In this document: piece after piece, positions 14,037-24,542 of the stretch | Layout: each line of letters opens with the position of its first letter | Position numbering within the stretch: position 1 is the first letter of the stretch | NCBI RefSeq assembly: GCF_018350175.1 | Contig: NC_058368.1 | Location: 133,922,001 to 133,986,000, forward strand | Direction: 5' to 3' | DNA: 64,000 nucleotides | From: Felis catus | Taxonomy: Eukaryota | Translations under genes and position numbers: made by a program | The notes under the pieces: model-generated | Database searches by the model: none | Seen by the model: only the letters and a program-made list of their open reading frames with translations | Told to the model about the DNA's origin: nothing

Positions 14037-14378
14037 GTGAGTGAGTCTCCTGGCCCAGACAGTAGGGGAGAGGTGGGAGGAGGTCAGAGTCACTATCTGA
14101 GCTCCTGAGGGATGGGAGGCTTATTCCAGCGTAATGAAAGAAGGTGTAAGTGAAAGGGTAGTCATAAGATACATCTATTTAGACCATTAAGGCAGGAAAT
14201 ACAGGGTTGAACCCTGATGTGGGGGGAGGTTTACCTGAAAAGCATTTTTTCAATAGAGTTAGATGCTAAGACAATTTGCTGACCTTAATCTGACCCGACC
14301 TACAACCATTTGGGCTGGAAGCATGGATAGAAAAGGGATGGAGCCCATTGCTCATGGCTTTTTGTTTTCCACCCCCAG

Positions 14379-17300
14379 GTACTAACTCCTCTCAGAGCAG
14401 CTCCCCAAGCTCTAGTGCCCCCAATTCCCCAGCGGGATCAGGACACATCCGGCCCAGCACCCTACATGGTCTGGCCCCCAAACTCAGCGGACAGCGCTAC
14501 CGTTCTGGAAGGCGGAAGTCGGCCGGCAGCATCCCCCTCTCCCCACTGGCCCGGACCCCCTCTCCAACACCACAGCCCACCTCCCCTCAGCGGTCACCAT
14601 CCCCTCTGTTGGGACACTCGCTTGGCAATTCCAAGATCGCTCAAGCTTTTCCCAGCAAAATGCACTCCCCTCCCACCATCGTCAGACATATCGTGAGGCC
14701 CAAGAGTGCAGAGCCCCCGAGGTCCCCACTGCTCAAGCGCGTGCAGTCAGAGGAGAAGTTGTCTCCCTCCTATGGCAGTGACAAGAAGCACCTGTGTTCC
14801 CGCAAACACAGCCTGGAGGTGACCCAGGAGGAGGTGCCGAGGGAACAGCCTCCACGGGAAGTGACCTTGCAGAGCCTGGAGGAAAATGTGTGTGATGCCC
14901 CTTCCCTGAGCCGCGCCAGGCCTGTGGAGCAAGGCTGCCTGAAGCGTCCTGTCTCCCGGAAGCTGGGGAGACAGGAGTCTGTGGATGAGCTGGACCGAGA
15001 GAAGCTCAAGGCCAAGGTGGTGGTGAAGAAGCCAGATGGTCTCCCAGAGAAACAAGAACCCCACCAGAAATCCCATGGACTTGGGAGTGATTTAGAAAAC
15101 CTCTCTACTTTTAGGCTGGAAGAGAGAGAGAAGAAAATCTATCCAAAGGCTTTAGAAAGGTCAAGTCATTTTGATAACAAAGTAGCCTTGCAGGAGGCCC
15201 CATCTGTGGGCAGCCTGCTGAAAGGGGCTCTTCACAAGCAGGCCAGCATTCGGGCCAGCGAAGGAGTGACCTCGGAAGGGGCAGCGGCTGGCCATGGCCC
15301 GGCACCTGGGGACCACAGCCAGGGCATCTGTGACTTCAAGCGCACCTCTGCTCCTGGCACCCTCCAGGACACTCTCTGCCACTCGGCTGATAGGTCCAGC
15401 TCTGGGAAGGGTGAAAACACGGAGAAGGCCTCCCAGGCCAAGGAGTGTCTCCGATGTGAGAAGTTAGACAGCAAACTGGCCAACATCGATTACCTCCGAA
15501 AGAAAATGTCACTTGAAGACAAAGATGACGGCCTGTGCACTGTGCTCAAGCCCAAGATGCCGTCTAGTGCCCACGAAAGCCTGCCCGGGAACCCCGTCCG
15601 GTCCATGGGTGGACAGCAGGAGGCCCCAGTGGCCTCTGAGAGCCGAGCATTCATGAGCAGTGCCCACACGGCTCAGATCAGCACTGTCTCCTTTGTCCCT
15701 CTCAAGGCGCTAGCTGGGCGGGTGGACGGTGGAGTAGAGAAGCCAGGCTTGGTTGCTCCTGAGTCACCCGTCCGGAAAAGCCCTTCTGAGTATAAACTGG
15801 AAGGTAGGTCTGTGTCCTGCCTGAAGCCAATTGAGGGCACTTTGGATATTGCTCTCCTGTCTGGACCTCAGGCCTCCAAGACAGAGCTGCCTTCCCCGGA
15901 GCCTGCACAGAGCCCCAGCCCGGCCAGTGATGTGAGGCCCTCTGTGCCACCGGCTCTCCCCAGCACCGGGGGCAAGAAGGGTGAGACGGCGGGTCAGAGG
16001 GAGCCTTCCCCTGCTGGCTTCAGGATTAATAAGTCCTACCTGCTGGAGCCCCGGTTCCCACCCCCCAGCCGGGGTCTCCAGAATTCACCAGCAGCTCCTG
16101 TGCCTTGCTCTGACCCAGAGCTAAAGCGGGATAGGAAAGCTTCCCATGCAGCCAAGAGCACAGTGACAGTCATGGAAAGCGATCCCCAGCGGAGAGAGGG
16201 GGGCCCCAGCAAACACCAAAACCATAGCCCTGACACCAAACTCCTCCCCTCCCTGGGATTGAACCCCCACAGCGCGGACCCATCCAGGTCACGCAGTCTG
16301 CTGCTGCCTGAAGGTACCGCCTCAAGAGAGAAGCCAAGTGGGAGGGAATCCTCTGAAAGGGGCCCTTCCACGGCCAGAAGCGAGCGGTCCGCCGTGAGAC
16401 CTGACTCCCACAGGGATCCCTCTGTGGAGTTGTATCCTCCAGAAGCTGCTAAAACCAGTGACAATTCCAGAAATCTCCCCTCTGGGGAAAGGACCCGTCC
16501 AGATTCCTACACTCAGACTCAAGCCCTGGAGAAAGCATGGGCACCTTGTGGGAAAACAAACCACAGAGATGGCCGAGATGAGGTGAGGCCCCTGGCGAGG
16601 GAGGACTCCTCTTTGCAGTCAGCAGGGACTCCTCGTGAGAGGGAGCTGGGCAGAGGAAGAGGTGGCCCGGAACCCCAGCCGGAAGCTCCTCCCAGCCGGT
16701 GGTCCCTGCAGCCACCAGGCCCTGAACGTGGGAAGGAAGCCCAGCTCTCTGCTTTCCCATCCTTGCCGAAAGACGGTCCCAAGGAACCAGAAAGGAAAGA
16801 ACAGCCTCTACAAAAGCACGTCAGCAGTAGCTCTCAGCCCCCGCTGGTCACCAAAGAACTGCCCAGCCTGGCCACTCAGCAGCACTGCAGCTCCCCAAGC
16901 CACTCCTCAGGCAGAGAGACGGGGGGCAAGCCCTGTACCACAGAGCCCAGCCTGGGCCTCCAGGGCCCTCCCAGGCCCGCTGCAGTGCATGGTGAAAGCA
17001 GCAGCCCCAAGTCTGGGCCTGGCCCCGACTCCATCCCCGCAAAGTCTAAGCACCCTGACAGGGCCCTCTCCTCCCAGAAGCCAAGCGTTGGGCCTGCAGC
17101 AGGCAGAGAGGCTGCGGCCCAGCCGCAGGTCGGCCCCAGCCGAGAGGGGAAGGACAGCAGTAAGGGTGTGCTGGAGGCCTTCCCTGCCCTCCCAGGCTCC
17201 CAGAACACAGCCACCAATGCGATTAGCCAGGGAGGAAGTGGACCCTCAGTTCCGCTGCTCACCGAAGGGGGTCCTCTAGACCCTAAGCTAAAAGCCACCA

Positions 17301-18259
17301 GTGGCAGGCGGTCCCCGGAGGCACCAGAGAAGCCCACACATCTGCCGCAGCAAGGACACCCAGGAGGGGGTGAATCGGCGGACCAGAAAGTTGCCCCTGT
17401 CAGTGAAAAGCAAAACGTGTCTCCAAAGCACCCCAAACCATCCACTGTGAAAGATTGCCCCGCTGTGTGCAGACAGACAGACAGGAGTCCAAGTTCACAG
17501 GCTGCCACTGCCACGGACAGGAAGTCTGAGGGGAAGAAATGCACTGAAGCACTTTACGTTCCAGCAGACGGCGGGAAGCTTGAGGCCAGCCTTTCCCTGG
17601 CACCCGGCGAGGCCCGGCCAAAAGGCCCAGAGAGGCCGGCAGCTGCTGTGGGGAAAGGCTTGCCAGAGGCCAAGGGGAAAGTGCTGAGTCCCCAGAAGCC
17701 GCTGACTGAGGCAGGCAAGCCCAGCGGCATGAAACGGTCGCCCTCGGCCACCGGACAGAGTTCTTTTCGATCCACTGCCCTCCCAGAAAAGTCTCTCAGC
17801 TCCTCCTCCAGCTTTCCTGAGGCCAGACCGGGGGCTCGAGAGGCTGCTGCAACTAGCGGTGACGCGTCTTTGGCCAAGGCCAGCGGGGCTGCGGCTAAGA
17901 CCCTGCCCGGGGGCGACGGCAGAACCCACATGACAAAGAGCGACTCTCTGCCATCCTTTCGGAGCTCCACCGTCACCCTGGAATTGCACCACCCCAGCCC
18001 GCCCGTGGCAGGGGGAGCCGGCCACCGGGACAGGGCCCTGTCGGTATCTGCCACCACAGGAGAAACCAAAGGCAAAGAGCCTGTCGCAGCCCCGCCCTCT
18101 CAGACTAGGAAGCAGAGCGTGGGCAGAGAAGTGACCAAGGCATCCCCAGCTCCAAACCCTGACCGGCCCATCGCCCTTTCTTCTGAGAAGGACTTTGTGG
18201 TGCGGCAGAGGCGGGGGAAAGAGAGTTTGCGTAGCAGCCCGCACAAAAAGGCCTCGTAA
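14379..18259 (+). CDS. MAST4: MAST4 terminal exon coding part (~1290 aa Ser/Pro-rich, probably disordered C-terminus)
   Basis: Acceptor ttttccacccccag|GT joins as G|GT (Gly)-TNSSQSSSPSSSAPNSPAGSGHIRPSTLHGL. The ORF is uninterrupted to ...RRGKESLRSSPHKKAS TAA (ORF track 14348..18259). Confidence 0.96.
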
Positions 18260-20780
18260 CGGGGCAGGCCCCAGGCCAGACTGGGGAGACCCGACCTGAA
18301 TGTGTACCTGAGTCTTGACTACCTTGTGAAGCCAGCACTGTGTGGGAACGCCCGCCGGGCAGAGCCTGGAGCCCCTAGGCAGAGGGGGAGAGGGAGAGAG
18401 AGACAGAAAGAGGGGACCTTCTTCCAATTGCCTTCCCAATTGTAACCCATAACACTGTTACCAGAGAGGGTTTGTACGGAAAACGAAAACAACAACAATA
18501 AAGAAACACCTTTACAGTGGAGGGTTGTTGAGGATAAAGATTTTCTCTGTAAATACCTAGCAATGTGTTTGGTTTGGGATGTAGAGTGATACCTTGCTGC
18601 TGATGGCGTTGTTTACCACAGCTCTTTCTCTTCTTCTCTTTTCTTTTTTTTTCCAGTAGGATTTTTGCTTTACCACTTATCATCACATAGTAATGAAGCA
18701 AAATGGTTAAAACCGGGTGTATGTAAGAGTATAGATACACTCACACTCGTGTGTATATACACATCCACCCACATGTTTTGGTCTATGGTTTCAGAGAATA
18801 TTTCAAGACTACATTTTTCTAAGTTAACACATTCTGAGTAGAGTTCAAGATGAAAGAAAGCCCTAAATACAGTAGATGGTGAGTTTGTGTGTGTCTTTTT
18901 AACCCAAGATTTTGAGAGTACTGTATCTGCCTACCTAGACTTCCAGATCTTAAAGCAAGAACTACTCTAATCACTGCATTTGGACTCTTCCTCCATTAGG
19001 AATGGTCGGAACAAGCAGAGCTAACCATACTCATGTTACAGTCTTCGCAGTGGACACTTGATCTTGGGTCCAACTGTCTGAAAGGCCAGTTATCCTTGTC
19101 TGTGGGTATATATGTCGGGTCTTCACCCTGGGTGTAGTGGAGGCTATAAACACATGTCAGCTTTATTTCTCTCACTTTCCCTTCTTTTCACGCTCTTAAA
19201 CTCAGGCCTTGATGCTATGAGTCACTAGTCCAAGAAGCACACATTTTGTAGTAGTCTTGTGCCAGCCCTGCTCTTGAACAAAAAGGAAAATTACTGGCCA
19301 CACGCAGATCCAATAGTACTTAAGTTGAGTAATAAGCATCAGGCATTGGAAGAGGTTTTAAATTTGCATTTTTGAGGGAAAGGGGGGTTGGATTTTGGCA
19401 TCATAGCATATATATTAATGAATAATCAGGACATCAGATACATTTTAATACATAGCTGGGGCCTTATGTTGTAGATGAAGCTTGCTGTTTTTAGCAAGTT
19501 CCTGGGTTTCACATTCATTTCTGATGCATCGAGTAGCTCCATACATTTCATAACATGATCTCTTTATTTGTATGCAAAAAAAAAACGTATTAATAAAGAG
19601 CAGCGTTTTTTAACAAAAAGACTTGGTGGAGCTATTTGGTGCTTGAATGTGACTGTCCTTTTTACTTTTGCTAAGCCTTATTTAAATTTTGTATACCATG
19701 GAATATGTGGACTTCGTCAAATCATTTTAGTGCTGAGGGGGTTTTTGTTTGTTTTTGTTGCAGTTGTCCTGGAGGCTTGTTTTGTATTGTAAGACGGCAC
19801 TTGCTGACCTAAGTACTAAGGCACTAAGAGAAAATACACACGGATAAGTATTTATAAGATGTTTGGGATCCATAGCAGGACTTTCTGTTTTGTTTTTCAA
19901 GAGGGAAAACAATTACCAATAAACACAAATTCAGCACCCAAACCCCCTCGGATGTCTTAGTATCTAAATCATTCATCTAAAGCACAGCCTGTGGATTGTA
20001 AATTATTTAGCAGGGCTGTAAACCCTGCTCCAAAAACAAAGGCATCACTTAACTGACTGCTGGGTTGTCCTTCCTTGTAAAATGAGTTGGCAAACAGAAC
20101 AAAAAGTCCCCCCCCTTGCCCCTGTTTTCCGCCCCCTGCCCCCGTGTAGTTTTAGCCATCCCCCATCACTACGTTGTGAAATGGTAGAAGAAACGCATAT
20201 TTTAGAAGAACTTAAATGGGTTTCCAAAGTGGTCTCAACATTTATAATTCATATCTGTGTTTGGCAGTTGTCATAACCCAATCATCTGTACTCAGACATC
20301 ACGACAGGTGCGTCGGGGAGGGAGTTCATGGTTTACAGCCTTTGCTTTTTAACTGTCCAGTTTCCTTTAAAGCACAACTAGCTGCTTGTTTACAAATGAT
20401 ATTTTTATGTATATTTTGTATAGTGTATTATCATTTTGGCCAAATATGTTTTTGCATTTTGGATGGGTAAAGAGTACTTAAGGTTGCATTCATGTAATAC
20501 CTGTCTGTTGTTGTAAACCTCTCCAATCAGCTGGTAGAAATTCTCCTGTGTTCTATTTGGTCAGTCTCCTGTGATTGTAAGATGTGCTCCTTGGTAGTAC
20601 TCCCAGCTGTAGATTTACCAGCTTAAAAGTTTGTTAGGATCTGTGCAATAAAGTGTTTGCAGTCTTATTTTCTCTAAGAAATTCCCTATGGATGTCATAA
20701 TTGTTGTATATTGAACAAATATTTATACTTATGCAGTTGCATAACATTGAAATAAAAATTTAGCATGAAAAGATAATGAC
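18260..20780 (+). other. MAST4: MAST4 3' UTR (inferred extent)
   Basis: AT-rich region with no repeats I recognise, after the stop codon. AATAAA hexamers at 19592, 19918, 20647 and 20751; a T/G-rich tract follows the last one. Confidence 0.65.
20751..20756 (+). terminator. Probable distal polyadenylation signal of MAST4
   Basis: AATAAA followed about 25 nt later by 'tgatgtttttct'. An alternative signal lies at 20647-20652. Confidence 0.55.
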
Positions 20781-21229
20781 TGATGTTTTTCTTACATCTA
20801 CACATACATCTCTAAAGTGTTACTGAATATCACTGTGTATTATGGGAAGCATGGGTTTTTTGCAGGTTGCTTTTTGTTAATTGGACTGGTTTGCTTTTTT
20901 TTTTTTTTTTAGCTTACACAAACATGTTCTATTCTTGAAGATTAAGCCTCCCTGTAATGCCTTCCTACGTTTTGTACCAACCTTATTCCTTGGCCGCAGA
21001 AGTTACCAGCTTCCACACCAAGGTCGCTATCTTTTTTACGGTCTCTTCCTCAGTGAAACCATCTCCTTCAATTCCCCTATTATCTCCTATTACCTTCCTC
21101 CATCAGTTACCAATCAGTTACCACTGTGCCCTGTCATCTTGCATTTCCTCCTTTCCTGTGTGTTTTCTCGTCATCAAAAATCACCGAAGCTGGCAGGAAG
21201 GAAAGAAGCAGCCTAACATTTATTTTCTG

Positions 21230-21440
21230 CCTTATGTAGATAAATATGTGCATAGTGCTGGGCAAGATGCTTTTCATCTACCATCTCATTTGAGCCCCAA
21301 ACCAGATGATAGTGGCATCCCCATTTTACAGATGAGGAAGCAGGCCCAGACAGGCTCTGTTGTTTGTTTAATATACACCCTGTAAAGAGAATTTGGATTC
21401 CAATCCAGATTTTTTCTGGCTGCAAAGCTCTTGACCTTTC
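21230..21440 (-). mobile_element. MIR
   Basis: atccccattttacagatgaggaagcaggcccaga. Confidence 0.65.
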
Positions 21441-22789
21441 TAAACATTACCAGGTGTCGTGTAATTGAATTCAGATCTAGGCTCCTCTGTGAATGATCTA
21501 AGCCATCTCATTGTCTCTTTCTTTACATGCAGAAAAATCATATGGTGCAAAATTACACGTTTGGTGATCGGTGGGAAACCACGAGCCAAGGAAGCAAATT
21601 ATTCTCTGTAGTAGGGCTCCTTTATTAATTCTAATTAATCAGCAGGCAATTTTCCATCTAGCATCTGGGGATTCATCACACAAATGTAACATGAAAAAGT
21701 GCAGCTTTATTAACTATAGAAATTTGTTTCCTCTGGTATCAGCCAGGCCTTAAGGAACTCAATGGTCAGGCAACACTCTAAATCTATTTACCCGTCGATC
21801 GGTATGGTTTGAACTCATGGCTCACAGTGATCATTTGTGTTCCTCCTATCTTCTACCTCTACCCCAGTGAATATTACATCTTCTGTATCTACAAAAGCTA
21901 GAAATGCCCACAATGCGTTGTTGAAAGTCAGTTTCATGACTTTTTGCATATGGAAAGTCAGTCAGTCTGGCTCAGGTTCAAGTTCTCTGACAGTTCCGAC
22001 TCCTTGGACCCGGGACGGGAATCTTAGCAGCAATCCTCACAGAAAAGCAGCATCCTCCTACTGATTTCTGGGATGTGTGTTCCAAAAGACAAGATGGCCA
22101 TCTCTTGTCACAGGCTGGCCGCGGGACTCTGTCCCAACACGTGGATGCAGGCAAGCACGTCAAAAAGGGAACCTGCTCCCAAATCTGTCGTTCCCTATGT
22201 ATTTGGTGACCTGCCAGTCAAGTCTGTTCAGACACGGAGAAAAGAAAGATATGTTGTATATGATTACTAGGTACTGCCCCATACCGCTTTACAGAAAGTC
22301 TGGTAACATTGTAAAGCTGAAAGCCTCTCACAAATACTCATCTGCTGTTTCATTACGCACTGCCCGGAGATGGCTGTCAGTAGCCAGGAGGTGAAGAATG
22401 AAGATGCTTACGATGCCTGAAGCAAGCATGTTGCATTTACTGCGTCTTCATATGTCAGGCTGGCATCACCATATCCTCCAGCTCTAACCTGTCTCCAGAA
22501 AAATCCTTTGCCTGAAAATTCTGCCCCTTTGGAATACACGCGCTGTGTTATACAGTGCTGTGCCGAAGTGACTTTCCCAGGCTGGAGACAGATTTCTACT
22601 TTTTGGGACTAGGTGCCCATCCACATCCATCCGTGTGATGCTGTCCCTGTAGTGCAAGTCCCAGCTCCTCAGCCTGCTGCTCTGTTCACATGGACATCCT
22701 TAGAACAAGCATGGCTGTCTGACCTCAAAGAAAAAGAGCAACTGGTGAAGCTTGGGCTTGACCGTTTGGATTTAAAAACGCAAAGCCTT

Positions 22790-22995
22790 GGGGCACCTGG
22801 GTGGGTCAGTGGTTAAGCGTCCTGATTCATGGTTTCAGCTCTTGTCATGATCTCCCAGTTGATAAGTTCGAACTGCACTACAGCATATAGCCTGCTTGGG
22901 AGTCTCTTTTCTCCTTTCTCTCTGCCCCTCACCTGCTGGCTTTCCCAATCAATCAATCTCCCTCTCTGTCTCTCAAAATGGATAAATTAAAAAAT
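22790..22995 (+). mobile_element. CanSINE whose A-tail is interrupted by the next SINE
   Basis: ggggcacctgggtgggtcagtggttaag. The TSD-like pair taaaaacgcaaagcctt (22773-22789) / taaaaacacaaagcttt (23236-23252) encloses both elements. Confidence 0.88.
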
Positions 22996-23007
22996 GTATA
23001 TTTTAAA

Positions 23008-23212
23008 TTTTTTTTAACATTTATTTTTGAGAGAATGAGACAGAGCATGAGCGGGAGAGGGGCAGAGAGAGAGGGAGACACAGAATCCGAAGCAGGCTCC
23101 AGGCTCCAAGCTGTCAGCACAGAGCCCCACGCGGGGCTCAAACTCACAGACCGTGAGATCAAGACCTGACCCAAAGTTGGACACCCAACCAACTGAGCCA
23201 CCTGGGCACCCC
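23008..23212 (-). mobile_element. CanSINE nested in the tail of the preceding SINE
   Basis: tttatttttgagagaatgagacagagcatgagc...gagccacctgggcacccc. Confidence 0.92.
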
Positions 23213-23366
23213 TAAAAAAATTATTTTAATAAAAATAAAAACACAAAGCTTTAGAAAAAGATTGCCTCCTTTTTTGCTATCTGTAAATTCTCACATCCAG
23301 TGACCTCTTTATTCTTCTTGCACCTTTGTGAAAAAGCAAAAAAGTCTTTAAAAAACAGCAAAACTC

Positions 23367-23582
23367 GGGGCGCCTGGGTGGCGCAGTCGGTTAAGCGTCC
23401 GACTTCAGCCAGGTCACGATCTCGCGGTCCGGGAGTTCGAGCCCCGCGTCGGGCTCTGGGCTGATGGCTCAGAGCCTGGAGCCTGTTTCCGATTCTGTGT
23501 CTCCCTCTCTCTCTGCCCCTCCCCCGTTCATGCTCTGTCTCTCTCTGTCCCAAAAATAAATAAACGTTGAAAAAAAAAATTT
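23367..23582 (+). mobile_element. Young felid CanSINE with perfect 17-bp TSD
   Basis: Many intact CpGs. TSD AAAAAACAGCAAAACTC at 23350-23366 and 23583-23599, preceded by TT (L1 endonuclease site TT|AAAA). Confidence 0.97.
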
Positions 23583-24169
23583 AAAAAACAGCAAAACTCA
23601 TTGCATAACATGGTCATTGAAGGCAAATTAGAAATACAGAAGAGAAGAAAAATGAATCCCTGCCATCCAACCAGCCACTCATCATTCTTCAATTTATATA
23701 GGTTTTTAATTTTTTCAAAAACCTGAAATAATAGTGGAGGTGAGGTTTGCTGACCTGTTTAGTATTGAATCACAAATATATTTCAATGTCTATAAATATA
23801 CTGTGCAATATTGTTCATAATGGCTACATGGCATTTCACTTTATGGGTGTGCTATATTGCTTTCATTCACGTGCTCGTACATAGATAGCCGAGAGCCTCT
23901 GATGCAGACGATTGGGTCGTCCCACCAATTCTCAGCCGGCTTATGCCTGAGTTATTTAATTTATCCCCACACTTCCTTTTATCCCCCCCTCCCACCCTCT
24001 AGGCAGCCATGTTAATTCATGGTTTATCTTTTTGTGCTCTTAGAAAATACTGGTATATTGTTTTGTATGTGTGTATTTTTAATGTATAAAAGCTATGTTA
24101 ATATGTCATTTTGGGTTGTTTTTTTTTTTTTTCCCCATCAAGCTCTCTCTCTTGGCCCACAAACTGGCC

Positions 24170-24542
24170 CCTGTACCTGAAGGAGAGACCGAAGACAGTT
24201 GGCAGACCACTCCAGATTGGTAGGTGGCAGGTTTAATAAGCAAGGAAACTTACATATGAGGCTTGCCTTGGGTGGCCCCAAGACAAGTAGATCGCTACAC
24301 CCATGTGCTACAATCTTAACAGTTTATATATAGAGGCCATAACTGGGTTCAGTCACGGGTACCATCCAGAGCAACAGAATGTTGCTTTCTTAAGGCTGCT
24401 TCTGGAAACCAGCTCCCACTGTGGGAATGGGGGGTAGAGTGTACATTCCAAGGACAGGGGAGGGCATGAGGAGCCTCTGATTGCCCAGATCCTGCTCATG
24501 TGTCAACCAGTAGTCCTGTCCTCTTGATGACCTCCTCCAACA
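24170..24542 (-). mobile_element. Probable ERV solo LTR inserted in an old L1 relic
   Basis: The minus strand starts TGTTGGAGGAGG and has TATATATAAAC followed by ATTAAA in LTR order. GC-richer than the L1-like flanks; the far boundary is uncertain. Confidence 0.55.

Noticed and set aside
14348..14378. N-terminus of the 1303-aa ORF as a stand-alone gene
   Set aside because: It starts at a TTG inside the intron's polypyrimidine tract; the true exon begins at 14379.
17495..18439. 314-aa antisense ORF, plus other 100-220 aa overlapping ORFs at 14.7-18.1 kb
   Set aside because: Shadow frames of the GC-rich MAST4 terminal exon, where stop codons are rare. No recognisable domain or independent gene structure.
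23367..23450. tRNA-like A/B-box sequence (repeated in all SINE heads)
   Set aside because: It is the tRNA-derived head of CanSINEs, not a tRNA gene.
22953..23553. ORFs with 'GAWVAQSV...SLEPASDSVSPSLS' peptides (also at 38.5, 52.4, 57.1 and 60.5 kb)
   Set aside because: Recurrent translations of SINE sequence, not proteins.
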